A DNA stretch of 63,920 bases, counting the filler, from Octopus bimaculoides (Eukaryota), in the NCBI RefSeq assembly GCF_001194135.2. It is 6 parts of 5 records of this genome, joined end to end, with 100 filler letters (N's around TTAATTAATTAA, not from the genome) between each part and the next. Parts side by side here need not be neighbours in the genome. Positions count along the whole stretch, not along the records: positions 30,776 to 42,885 come from NC_068986.1; positions 42,986 to 61,055 come from NC_068994.1; 4 more parts are not named here. One strand, given 5' to 3'. This document shows positions 37,919 through 50,476 of this stretch, piece by piece. The notes beneath the pieces were generated by a model. It was not told the DNA's origin, did not search any database, and worked only from the letters and a program-made list of their open reading frames with translations. Position 1 is the first letter of the stretch; the number at the start of each line of letters is the position of its first letter. The position numbers and the translations under genes were made by a program.

Positions 37919-38974
37919 GTTTTAGAGGAAACATTGAACTACAAAATAAGACCCTAAAACCCTACGATTAAAATAGTTTTCGTGTTAATTGAAAGAATAT
38001 TAGAAAGAGAAGATCGAACTTATCTGACATCCCCATATTTATTTTCTAACGCTGAAGTAACAGGCAATTCCATCGAATACAAGCTTTGTCTATACTACAG
38101 ATGTATTCCTAAGATATTATCCGTTACATGTTCACTTTGACCGAAATCCCTGGTTAAATCGAAGTTTCTTGTGAATTACATAACATATAAGATAATAAAG
38201 TCTTTCGGTACGAAACGAATTTCGTTGAGAATGAAGCTGAAAGATCAACAAAACTACTACTACTACTACTACTACTACTACTGCAAAATGTTGATTGATT
38301 TGATGTGATGATTAGACATTTCCCATTAGTTTTGGTTTTCTTCTTCTTGTTCTATCATTATCAAGAGAAGAGAATCAAAATCCTTTTTTTTTTCAATTAC
38401 GTATTCTAGTCTTTTTTAAAAAGCTGTAAATAAAGACCAACAAAAGCTACTCTTGTTTTATTAACAGATGATTGATTATCTATGAAAGTTAACGCATTCC
38501 ACATGCTTAACTCTTCTTCATATTCAGCCATTATCAATTGGAAGAATAAGAAAAACGGAAATCCCTGGTGTTTTCTTCTCGGGTCTAATGAGAGTTAAAA
38601 CGAGAGTCGAGGCGAGGGAGTTGCACGTGAAATTGCTAGGAAAGTAACAGAAGCGAATCCAGAAGAAGGAAGGAAAAAAAACACGAGGAATTGTTGTTGT
38701 GAAGGATGAAATGCTAACAACTGCATAATCCGAAATATATGCAGTTTTTGTACAAAAACACAGAAAAGAACACTGCTCGCATTGTACTGTACAGTATGAC
38801 GTAGAGTACTTTCGATATAAAATTAAGGACAGAGGGTGTGCGTATCTAAGGGACACAGCACTGTGTTCGATTGCGCTCCGTTCTGCGGTGTAAGCATATT
38901 TGATGATAATAATCCGTTCTACTGCACACACAAGGCCTGAAATTTGGTATGTGAGTGTGTGGCGGGGTGAGGGG

Positions 38975-39112
38975 TTAGTTGATTTCATCAAGCCTGGTTG
39001 CCAACTGGTTCTTAGCTTATCGACCCCGGTGGCATTTGGATTTAGAATGCAAAGCCGGAAGAAATGCCGCAAATCGTTTAGTCCGGCGAGCAAACGTTTC
39101 AGCCGGCTTACG
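38975..39112 (-). mobile_element. SINE family B, diverged with internal deletion
   Basis: Reverse complement resembles the family B head and gtcgataag..aagaaccagtt body. Confidence 0.6.
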
Positions 39113-39832
39113 TGATCTTACGTGAAACAGTATTAAAAAGAAAGCCTGGTAATTGGAGGCCTTTAGATTGTTCATTTTCTCGTCAGCATTCGTACTAAAT
39201 TCCTGGTCGTATTTGTAGCCAACGTTTTAAATACGAATATTGATTTGGAAATTCCTAGCTGGACATCTCCCGCATCAATCTAACCATTGTCAAAGGTCAA
39301 GGTCACTGCCCATACACATACCGTGAAATAACTTAGAAAAAATATCTTCGGACACTCGCAATGTTAAATAATGTTTCCGCTATCATATATAATGATTTCT
39401 TTCAGTGGCAAAATGCCAGGGATTTTGTGGGTGTCATCATAGTCAATGGAATTGGCATGGCTAGTATTGGCATGGCTAAGTGTTCTCCTTTTTTATCGAT
39501 TGAGGAGATTTAAAAGTAAAGGCTGGTGTCTGGCACGCTTTCAACTCAGGAAATGGACGGAAATATCTGAACACTAACTAGAATGTCTTTTCTCTGAACC
39601 TCGGAAGTTTCTGTCACACCAACATTTTTTAAGAATGATTTCTAGTTGAGAAATAATACACAATTACTGGCTAGTACAAGATACAGCAGAAAAAAAAACT
39701 CCCATATTTGACACGACAAAACATGTCAAATGTAGGGAGTTTTTCGACCGCATCCTTTATTATTTACAACGAACCTTTAGGGAAAGTAGACGGTCTACTC
39801 AAGTGAGATTTGAATTATGACGGTAAAAAGAT

Positions 39833-39987
39833 GTTGCTGTGGTAAGTAGCTTGCTTACGAACCATATGGTTCCGGGTTCAGTCCCACTGCGTGGCACCTT
39901 GGGCAAGTGTCTTCCACTATAGCCTCGGGCCGACCAAAGCCATTCTGAGTGGATTTGGTAGACGGAAACTGAAAGAAGCCCGTCGTA

Positions 39988-40081
<94 letters not shown>

Positions 40082-40283
40082 TGTGTCTGTGTTTGTCACC
40101 CACCATCGCTTCACAACCGATGCTGGTGTGTTTACGTCCCCGTAACTTAGCGGTTCGGCAAAAGTGACCGATAGAATAAGTACTAGGCTTCCAAAGAATA
40201 AGTCCTGGAGTTGATTTGCTTGACTAAAGGCGGTGCACCAGCATGGCCGCAGTCAAATGACTGAAACAAGTAAAAGAGTAAAA
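39833..40283 (+). mobile_element. tRNA-derived SINE family A, full length with expanded internal (TA)n(TG)n
   Basis: Colinear with the 37563 copy; internal microsatellite at about 39985-40080. Confidence 0.92.
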
Positions 40284-40569
40284 TAAAACTAGTTCTGTAA
40301 CGATTTAGTAAATTTCCTTTCAGATGTTGCCCGTAGTATCATATTTGTAACAGGGTATTATAAAATCTTGCCTTATAAATTGAGGTTAGAATGAATGGTT
40401 TGACAATAAATTGAACTGACGTTGTTTCTTTATTAAAAATCCATTTTCATAATGAAAGACTTCAGATGATTTACAGGGGTGAGTAAATTCTATAGAGCTT
40501 TAGTATTATTATACAAGTGTATGTGTGTAATAGCAACAAATTCTTATATGAGTAGCAGGAATTCCTTGT

Positions 40570-41172
40570 GATCTTAGCTAAATTAATTTCAGTATGGTCA
40601 CTACATAATGCCAAACTAACAGCGGAACTTGAAGCAGTCTAACGCCACTACACTAAAAACATTGAAACAGTGCAGCGGATAAGCTAGTGGGGATAGGCTG
40701 TTAACACTGCAGCTTTATTCTCTGGAGCGAAGGCGTGAGAGATATACAATATGGATAATCCTAGAAGGGTTAGCACCTAATTTTGGCTGCCATTGTATTG
40801 TACCAAAGGTATCGTTCACTCCGTCTCAATGCAGGACCAGGTACTGCAATAGTCTAATGTACAAAGGCCCACAGCTCTTCAATGCCCTGCCACAAAAATT
40901 AAGAAATCTGCATAAGGTGGAAGTAGATATCTTCAAAAAAGAATTAGACATCATCCTCTTTATAATACTGGATGAGCCAACAGCTTGACATGAGGGGCAG
41001 ACGAGGGCAGCGGAGTCAAAGTCCCTTATACACCAAATAGGCCAACAGCTGGAACAAAGGCACATACAAGAGTGGTGATGTGAAACACTGAGGAAATCAA
41101 AACGACCACGGTGGTGCTCCTGCATGACCACATCTGCATGGCAGAGACCAGTAAAAGAATAAAAGAATAAAA
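40570..41172 (+). mobile_element. CR1/L2-group LINE 3' end (ORF2 C-terminus plus 3' UTR)
   Basis: LEAV*RHYTKNI..LYSLERRRERYTIWIILEGLAPNFGCHCIVPKV..RTRYCNSLMYKGPQLFNALPQKLRNL..IFKKELD..DEP, ending in (taaaagaa) repeats. Confidence 0.8.
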
Positions 41173-41706
41173 TATTTCGAATATAAGAGAAACGTTTGTT
41201 ACGTAGATTCTGATTCTGTTTTGTATGTAATCACACCACTTTTAAGTATTTATATATGGAAAGCAGGTAAGGAAGCTTACCTTGCGACTTATTTGCCATG
41301 AAACCACCACATTTCTGGGAAGAGGGTATTTTCATGTTAAAGGAAAGATGGAGACGCATTGTGCAACAAAATGGTTCATATTTGGTTGATTAAAAATGTA
41401 ATGGCAAGTATTTATTGACCTTCTTCTTTCCTTTAGAAATCGGCAAGAACTTTCCGGACAACCCAATATTTATAAATTGAAATATGATTTTGGCGCTGTT
41501 CATTATTACATATGACTAGAAATTTCCAGTCCTTTGTAATTAGCAATTAGCAAAATTTTACATAATATCTTTGTAATGAATATAGAAAAAATAATGTATT
41601 ATATTATAATATATTTTATAATTATTATGAATATACAAAAGTATGTATATATTTGCAATACGGGAAAATTATATAATTAATGAGTAAAGAGAAAATTATA
41701 TATACA

Positions 41707-41786
<80 letters not shown>

Positions 41787-41834
41787 CACACACGCACATA
41801 TACATATGCATATATATGTATATATATACGTGTA

Positions 41835-41935
41835 TATGTATATACGCTCAATAAACACACACAACGCCCGGTCTCGGAATCGAAACCGCGATCCTCCGAC
41901 CGCGATCTTCCGTCCGCGATCCGCTGTTCTAACCA
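41835..41935 (-). mobile_element. Truncated SINE family C head with internal 14-bp triplication
   Basis: Minus strand ggttagaacagcggatcgcggacggaagatcgcggtcggaggatcgcggtttcgattccgagaccgggcg. Confidence 0.65.
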
Positions 41936-42794
41936 AGAAAAATAAATACGAGCTTGGAATTTGTTTTGGATTTTTTTGTTTTTTTCTTTGAGCAATGAAT
42001 ATGTCTGAGAGTTATCGAAATTGACTAATTGAGGCAATAATTCTTGCACGCAATTCAAGATTTTGAGAGTTCAAAATATGAAAATTTTGGTTTTGTATGG
42101 ACCTGTCGAATATTAGCTTAGTTTAACCATTTTCAGTTAATGTTAGATGATTTAAAAATTATCGAAATTCTGTTATCGAAATATGCTGTGTGGAAACTAA
42201 AATTTTTGTCAAATTTCTTGAGACTTAAAAAGTCGAATACTTGCACCAGTAATGTCACGCATTCTAAGGAAATTATTTCTACCCCTACTCGACACAAACT
42301 ACCGTAGCACAATCGAAACCGAAGACGCAGTTTTCGGTAACATAACGACGCTTATCATTGCTTGTAACAGCTCGATCTCAGACAAACAGACTGGGGTTTA
42401 AGAAAAGGCAAACAAAACAAAAAAGATTATTTTCCTTTGTATTCGGTGAATAAGGATTTGGGAGATTTTGCCGATTTTTACAATGCTCTCTCTAAACTAT
42501 TTTCATCAATAATGGACATAATCCACAAACTTCGATAAAGTCGTTTTCTTTTCTCCTTCTTAATCTGGTAAACCATTCAACGTTGTGTAAATATTTGTTA
42601 AAAACACAATTGTTCATAGTATTTAAGTAATTAGTTAAAATAAAGGATTTAAGGGTGAGATAACAGAAACTGTGTATCCTGTAGATACTATATATACATA
42701 TAAACACTCATATATACACAAACATACATTCACAATCTCATATACACCCTTATACATGTTTGTATATGCATACATACACATATATACATATGTA

Positions 42795-42835
<41 letters not shown>

Positions 42836-43349
42836 ACACAGACATACATATATATGTATATTTACATATATATATATATATATATNNNNNNNNNNNNNNN
42901 NNNNNNNNNNNNNNNNNNNNNNNNNNNNNTTAATTAATTAANNNNNNNNNNNNNNNNNNNNNNNNNNNNNNNNNNNNNNNNNNNNTTGGTTTTAAAACAA
43001 TAAATTCCTTTTCTTTTTTAAACAAAGTTCACAATATTTATCTGTTGTTTTCAAATCATGACCTGAAGACAACAAACTTTTACAAACTAAGTTCACAATT
43101 TTGGTAGGAGCGATACCTCCAAAACACTCTTCTCACCACTAAGTGAGACATTAAGCACAACCACAGGAAGACAAATGTGTGGAATTCAGTGGAGATTTCT
43201 TGTTCGACATAAATATAAATAAACACGAGCAACAAACCCCCACTAAATCCCCAAAAACACAAAAGTCCTACCTGTAGTTGTATGTCAAAAATTGACGACG
43301 CTGGCATTCAGTGACGTGAAGCTGGAGCGACAAAATACCACATCCGCCA

Positions 43350-43388
43350 GGTAAGCAAGCTACTTGCCACACAACCACTCCTGCGCCT
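43350..43388 (-). mobile_element. SINE family A, 5' 40-bp fragment
   Basis: Minus strand ggcgcaggagtggttgtgtggcaagtagcttgcttacc. Confidence 0.6.
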
Positions 43389-44187
43389 ATTTGGACACTT
43401 TCTTCAAAGCAAGGTTTTTTTACACACTTTCAGACCTTTTTCTGGTGATTCATATTGGTTTAGAAATTTCAAGAGTTTCCAGGTGGAGTCTAACACTTTT
43501 GATTTTAAACCTTCTTGCAGGCCCCCTTTTCAATTGTTTCCTGACAATCTTTGCAAGATTTTCCATGATTCTTTCTTGAAGTTCCAGGTGGTGTCAGAAT
43601 GTTGTGAGATTACAGAGTTAGTCATCATTATCGATCAGTACCATGGTACTTTAAGATATTTATTGGTAGTCTGACATAGATTTAGTGACTACTAGGTAGT
43701 GGAGTTTTGAGACATGGCTACACTGGGCAGTTTCCTGGTGGTCCTATGGGTCTAGTATATGCAGTGACGTCCAGTCAATTAGTAAAGGTACAAGCCACAG
43801 TATATTGTTTTGCAAAAGGGCCTATAATGTTGTGACTTCAGACACTTTTAGATGGTTTCAAACACTTCAGATATTGTCGAGTGTTTTACGTGTATTGTCA
43901 TGGTGAGATGACAAATTCAGCCATTTTCAAACATTTTCTGTTGTCACAGAAATTTTGAAGTATTTTAGAGCATTTACATACTTTCAAACCAGTCCAGAAT
44001 ATTTTATGATATTTCATATGCATATGAAATTTTCATGTCTTCTGTGCACATCAGTGCTTCTCAAACTATGTTGTAGATATTGAGAAATATAATTTTAGGG
44101 TTTAGAAAATCCATTCTTAATGTGGACTTCCAAGATGCTTGAGCATCTTGAAAAATAAGTTCATCACAAATATTCTTTTTATATAGT

Positions 44188-44603
44188 AGTTACTTAATTC
44201 CAAAGTACATTATTATAAGGAAATCATTTTGAAATACAATAATATGAATATGCATTGAAAATCTGATTATCACTATCAAATTATTTCAAAATACATTGTT
44301 ACTTATTCCAAAATATCATGTCATACTCAAAATACATTACTATGATCAAATAATTTCAAGATTACATATTCCAAAGTATATTTTTACATTAAAATCATTT
44401 CCAAATACATTATTAAATATTTTAAAGCAAAAATATATTGAATATTCTAAAGTACATAAGTACAAACTGGTTTCACTTTTTGTAGGAGATATGCATTGCA
44501 ATGTACATGTCTAGTGGGTTGGTGCTAACTTTCATTTAATGTATAATGAGTCTACCAGAAGAAGCCTAGTTATAAACTCATTAGCTAACAGGGGAGGTAA
44601 TAT
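44188..44603 (+). repeat. Left arm of a long inverted repeat (partner 48802-49205)
   Basis: Colinear reverse-complement similarity; ORF-track peptides at 44296(+) and 49020(-) both contain LxIPKYH...LHIPKYIF. Confidence 0.85.
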
Positions 44604-45039
44604 CATTCAACCATGGTAGGGGTTGAATATATTCTTAAATCCACCATTTCATCAACTGCAGCAGCTTCTAAGCTTCACTACTAATTCAGTTTTCAACTAA
44701 ATTGCAAACTGTGGACAATTTTAAAGAGGGTACCTCCTCAGCTACACTTTGGCATGAATAGTTTGAGATTTGGTAGAAAAAAAGGTACATCAAAATATCT
44801 GCGACCTCAAGGGGGGCAGTAAGGCTTCAATTAACATAAACTTTTTAATTTTAGGCTTAAATGACAGAAAAATGTATGAGGAATTTAGAGTCATTAGTCG
44901 CATTGAATAAAAATTAGTAAAAGAAAAGTTATGGTGTGAAATACCACAAAATTTCGTGTACGAAAGTAAAAGAGTAAGAGAGTAACGCTTAGCAATAAGA
45001 ATAAAGAATATATTGCTAAAATGAATGTTTACATTCTAA

Positions 45040-45170
45040 GGCAGCGAGCTAGCAGAAATGTTAGTGTGCCTGGTGAAATGCATAGCGGTATTTCGCCTGT
45101 GTTTATGTTTTGAGTTCAAATTCCACTGAGGTCAACTTTGCTTTTTATCCATTTTGGATCTATTCAATTT
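45040..45170 (+). mobile_element. SINE family B, 5' part
   Basis: ggcagcgagctagcagaaatgttagtgtgcctggtgaaatgc..gagttcaaattccactgaggtcaactttgc. Confidence 0.8.
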
Positions 45171-45607
45171 GATGTACAGATTATTAAATTAATTTCTTTT
45201 AACTAAACACTTTGAAACTTTCAGTACTGTTACAATGTGTCACATACAACAGGGTTTACTCTTAACGTTTTTGACAAAATTTTGTATTTTAAAAGTTATT
45301 TCATCACAAGTTACAGAGTGACAATGGACAAATTCATGTTTGATATGTGCCAATACACGAAACTCTCAGGTTTTGACTTACTCTTTAACTTCTGCCGATG
45401 ATATATATGCATACTATACATATATGTGTAAAGAAATCTCATCACCCAATCAAACCAATGAAAGAGTCTCTACCTGGTCGCTTGACACGCTAAAAAATAG
45501 CAGCCAATGTATCCCCCTACCCAGTATTTTATAAGGTAAAATCCTAAATTATTAATTGACACATTATTAATTATCTTATAACAGCAATGCCTGGAAAAAT
45601 CATGGAT

Positions 45608-46132
45608 TACATGGAAAAATGCGAGCATGAAAAGTAATATTCATAAGATTATAAACCTGGAAAAGTACAGGACAAGTTATTATACCTGTAAAAGTATAGG
45701 ACAAACTATTACTTCAAGCAAAGTAAAGAATAAGAAACATTTTACTTAAAATATTGCAGATAAAATTAAAATTTGAATATTAAAAAATATTTTATTATAG
45801 TTTACAAAAATAACACTATACTTATTTAAGTAGAATTTGGTTAATTTACTACCTTAAATACAGAAAAAAGTGACTAATTAGACAAACTTACAAATTAGCT
45901 GAGCATTTTTGTACAATAAATTTAAAAGATGAGAACTGTACAGAGTGATAAATTAGAACTGGCATTCTTTGCTGCAATATTTTAAGTAATAAGTTTCTTA
46001 TTCTTTACTTTATTTGAAGTAATAGATTGTCCTATACTTTTCCATGTGTAATAACTTATCCTGTACTTTTCCAGGTTTATAATCTTAAGAATATTACTTT
46101 TCTTGCTTGCATTTTTCCATGTAATTATATAT
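45608..46132. repeat. Inverted repeat with ~165-bp arms (45608-45772 / 45965-46132)
   Basis: e.g. ttataaacctggaaaagtacagga pairs with tcctgtacttttccaggtttataa. Confidence 0.9.
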
Positions 46133-46249
46133 GTTAATAGTAGACCTAAAATAAGTAAGGAAGTAAATTTTTGTACTTTAACCATTCAGAAATATGTGGG
46201 AAAATACATTTTATAAATGTTAATTAATGAATTAAAAATAAGTGTCAGT

Positions 46250-48450
46250 AATTGGTTAATGATTTAAACTGGAGTTATATTTTACGATGAAAAGTTTCTT
46301 TATTGGTTCTTTGTAGTTCTGTCATATTTTCTGCATATTAATATAATGGGGACAAGTTTAAAATTTAATTGTCAACTTCCTGCACATTTATCTTAATGCC
46401 CACTGAGGCGAATTTTTCTAGTGTTTGGATCATGTATTTGTTATTGGTGAACCATTATGTGTTTTCCAGATTATGCCTGTTTGATCCATATAATTCTCAC
46501 TACCTCAACAGCATATGATATAAATTCAGGTTTCTGAAAGGAGTGAGAAGTTATTCTTTATTTTGCCCTGAGATGTTATTGATATTTTTTATATTTTTAT
46601 ATTGAATACTTGTTAAAGTTTCTTTAGTGAATGTTGCTGTTTTTTTTTTGTTTTTAATTATTTTTGTTTTTAATTATTTTTGTTTTTCTAAGATTCTTTT
46701 CATTTGAAGATCACATTTTAACAGGGGTGAATTTCACTAATTACATTAATGACCTTAATAATCTTAGGGTTGTTGACTGAAATGCATGGTAAAACATTTG
46801 TTTCTGTTTTAGTTTTTACAGTTTTTAGATCTCTCATATCATTTACCTCTGCTTTTTTTTTTTAATTGTATTATTAATTATTGATGGTGGACAATGTTTT
46901 CCAGTCAGAATAACCAGTTTTTTTCTTCTGGGTGTTTGGAATTGATATAAGGATGCATGTTCTTTTAGCTACATTGCACAGGATAATGACCTTCGTGAGT
47001 TTTGGGTGGTATGAAGTGAAAAGTTAATATTGATTTCAAATTTTGGCACAAGGCCAGCAATTTCAAGGGAAGAAGTAAGTTGACTACATTAACCACAGTG
47101 CTTAACTGGTACTTATTTTGTTAATATTAATACTGTTACAAGTCTGTCAGTTTATAATATACATCTGACTCAATCCTATTCTATTTTTTATAGCTAATAT
47201 GTCTAAAAGGGGTTATTTATCCTTGTTGTATCCTTGTTGACAATCATCTTTTCTAATATTCCTTCAAGAAATTGTGAAAATTGTTTCTGTAATTCTGCCA
47301 GAATTTTTGGCATATTTTTATGCCAAGGTATCCCATTTTTGTATTTGCATACATTGTCATTCCTAATTTTTTCTTATATATTACTTGATCAAAATTAAGA
47401 ATATTGTTTTATTGAATAAAATGATGGTTTCAATAATAAACTTTTTGTATGCAACCTGGTAACTGATGAGGATATTTATTAAGCCAAAAATGTATTGCTT
47501 CTATTTCATATTCATGTGATATATTTGAATATATGTTTATCATATCAAAAGAAACTATTGAGGTTTCTTTAGTTCCTGCACATGGAAGGTGTTCTTAATA
47601 TATCCAAGTTGTCTCTTATGTAGATCTGTATATGCTTCAAATATAATTTTGCTAATATGTCCAAAAATTGCTCAATTGATGAGTTTCACAAGATGGCCTA
47701 CCACTATTGGCCATAATTTGAAATTGTTTGTGTGGAGAACATTTAAGCAAGAAAAAGAGGATTCTTTTATGGTGTTTATAACATTATGTTTGAGAATTTT
47801 TAGTAGTCCATAAAAATAACACGTTGAACATTTAAAATTAATCAAATAGTTGTACTCTTTATCAGTTAAATCTTTATTGTATATATTGAGTAAGACATTA
47901 AGTTTTTGTATTATTTTTCTGCTGATTTGAGCAGTTAATTTTTTTCATTTCTACTTTTATCCTCCGCTTGTGTAAGATCTTTAAAATAGGCTGTATCCAT
48001 CGCAACCATAGTACTTCCTTTATCAGCTTATTTTATTGCCAGTTTTGAATCCATTTTCAATGCAGTATTTTCTTTTTCTTTTGTGCTGAAATTAGAACAT
48101 TTCCTATGTTTTAGTCGAAACTCATGTTGGAATTAAGTTATATGATCACAAAAATTATCATATTCTCTAATCCTACTTTTATATATACGGATGATATTTA
48201 CCTTTATTTCTAACTAAAAATTCATCGTCATTGTCTTTATCAGACAACGTTTCTGTAAATCTTAGTTTTCAGCAAGTGTCTGTAATATTATCTTTGATCT
48301 TGTTGAGATTTGATTTTCTTCAAGTTGGTCTAAAGTTATGTTTGTGGGTTTTTGTTCCAGAGGTGACCAACACAACTTTAAATCAAAATTGTTAACTGAG
48401 GAATGTTTTCATCTCTTAAATCAGTTATTTGTATGCTTTTTGTACTAGTT
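46250..48450 (-). mobile_element. Degenerate Penelope-like retroelement (RT then GIY-YIG)
   Basis: Minus strand reads IK*ADKGSTMVAMDTAYFKD, YFYGLLKILK, SCETHQLSNF, SIVSFDMINIYSNISHEYEIEAIHFWLNKYP, then NYMDQTG..HQ*QIHDPNTRKIRLSGH. Confidence 0.75.
46995..47115 (+). mobile_element. SINE family B 3' fragments inside the PLE remnant
   Basis: caaattttggcacaaggccagcaatttcaagggaag..gttgactacattaacc..aactggtacttatttt. Confidence 0.55.
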
Positions 48451-48801
48451 GGTTAATAGCAATTCCCAGAGGTTTTCAAATTTTGTTCAAGTTTTGACAC
48501 TGCTGCTGAGAATTTAATAATTTTCTTGTTCATTAACTTTTCTTATGAAGCAAAGTTGTTTATCCACTTTTTCAGTTAATATCCATAATTTCATTCATAC
48601 TCATTTCCTTAGGTCTTTTAAAACATCATCATTTGTAACTTTTTAAGTTTTTTCTTTCTTTTTTGGGCAGGGGGTGGGTGGATGACATTTTCTTTCACTC
48701 ATGTGCTAATTGATATAGAGAATGATAAATATCTTTTCAGCTGGAACAAAAATCTACATGTATCAATAATACCTACTTAATTTGGGTTTACTAACATACA
48801 T

Positions 48802-49205
48802 TATATTAACTCCCATGCTGCCTAATGAGTCTATAATGAGGTTCCTTCTGGGAAACACTATATATTAAGTGAAGATTAGTATCAAGCCATTACATATGCA
48901 CATTGTAATGCATATTCCATACAAGAAGTGAAACCAGTTGATAATTATGTACTTTAGAATATTTAATTATGTATTTTTGTAATTATATACTTTGAAGTGT
49001 TTAATAATGTATTTTAAAATTACTTGAATTTAAAAATATACTTTGGAATATGTAATCTTAAAATAATATGATTGCAGTGATGTATTTTGTACATTATGAT
49101 ATGATATTTTGGAATATGTAGTAATGCATTGTGAAATAATTTGATTGTGCTATTCTGGTTTTCAATACATATTGTATTTTGAAATGATTTAGAATTAATT
49201 AACTG
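48802..49205 (-). repeat. Right arm of the long inverted repeat (partner 44188-44603)
   Basis: See left arm. Confidence 0.85.
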
Positions 49206-49339
49206 CAATGTAAACGGAACAGTGCATTTTCTTTTTTATCATTATTTCCCCATATTTCCTGACTTGTCTGGGATACTTTTGATATTTTATGTGTGTGTGT
49301 GTATGTGAGTATATATATATATACACACACATGTATAAA

Positions 49340-49670
49340 TTGGGTCATCCCATAAATAATGCAGTTTTTTCAATTGCATGAACTAAAAGTCAGAGGAGGA
49401 TGGGATAACCTACCTGCATCAACTTGCTATAAAAGCAGGTAGTAATTTTACCTTTACCTTATTCTTAGTGCAAATTTTGAAGAGTGCAGCTCGATTTTGA
49501 CAGTTATTTTTTCACAGCTATAATGGAAGTGACAGTATTTGGCATACTTTGCTTTATGAGTTCAATAAAGGCAACAACACAACAGAAATTGTGAGGAATA
49601 TTAATGCATTATATGGGTATTAGACAATTAGAATAAGTCAGTGTCAATGGTAGTTCCAGAAATTCCAAGC
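49340..49670 (+). mobile_element. mariner element 5' part (TIR plus transposase start)
   Basis: ttgggtcatcccataaataatgcag start; HTLLYEFNKGNNTTEIVRNINALYG..ISQCQW*FQKF. Confidence 0.75.
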
Positions 49671-49894
49671 TTACATAACATGCTTCTGCTGAACTTAGCG
49701 GTTCAGCAGAAGCAACCAATAGAATAGATACTAGACTTAAAAAAACTAAAACCTTTTAAGTGGTGCCTCAGCACGACCACAGTCAAATGATTGAAACAAG
49801 TAAAAAGATAAAAAAAGAAAATGAAAAAGGAGTCTAGGTCTGTACATTTAGTTTGAATATTAGTTTTTCAATTAAAAATTTTATAAAGGATATT

Positions 49895-50105
49895 ATAACT
49901 GGTGAATTGGCAGAATCTTTAGTGCTTTTGAACAAAATGCTTTGTGGTATTTCTTCTGGCTCATTATGTTCTGAGTTCAAATTCCACCAAGATAAATTTT
50001 CTCTTTCATTCCTTATTGGTTGATAAAATAAAGTACCAGTCAAATCCTTGTGGGGTCGATGTAATTGACTTGTCTTCTACCCTAAAAAATTGTTGGCCTT
50101 GAATC
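49895..50105 (+). mobile_element. SINE family B
   Basis: ggtgaattggcagaatc..atgctttgtggtatttc..ttctgagttcaaattccacc..aagtaccagt..ggggtcgatgtaattgact. Confidence 0.8.
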
Positions 50106-50199
50106 TTGCAATGAGTAGATGTCCTCTTCTGGGAGAGTGTTGTGATCTTGATCAATTATACATAATGCCAAACATATAAGCAGCTTTATGAATCCTAGC

Positions 50200-50476
50200 G
50201 CACAAGAAAAAAAAAATGAATATTATTATCTTATAAGTCATTGTTTCTCAGAGGGGTAGTCCCCTTGGTGGGGTGGGAGCTGGGGGTTACACATTATACT
50301 TAAAATTAAAATGGTTTAAAACTTTTTAAACATATCCAATACCATGGAAAGAAAAGAATAATTTTATTGATACAAAATCTATTTTGTCTTTTCATTAATA
50401 AAGAGAGGGAGGAAGCAAACAATTTCACTACTACTTTTTGGTGGTGTCCTTGGATTTCTCAGTTTGGGAACTACTG
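50200..50476. mobile_element. Putative hAT-type MITE
   Basis: Ends cattgtttctcag and tttgggaactactg resemble CAGTxGTTCxCAA terminal repeats. Confidence 0.35.

Noticed and set aside
38524-39093. 189-aa ORF as a host gene
   Set aside because: It begins inside a SINE B copy, has no recognisable domain, and its composition is unremarkable
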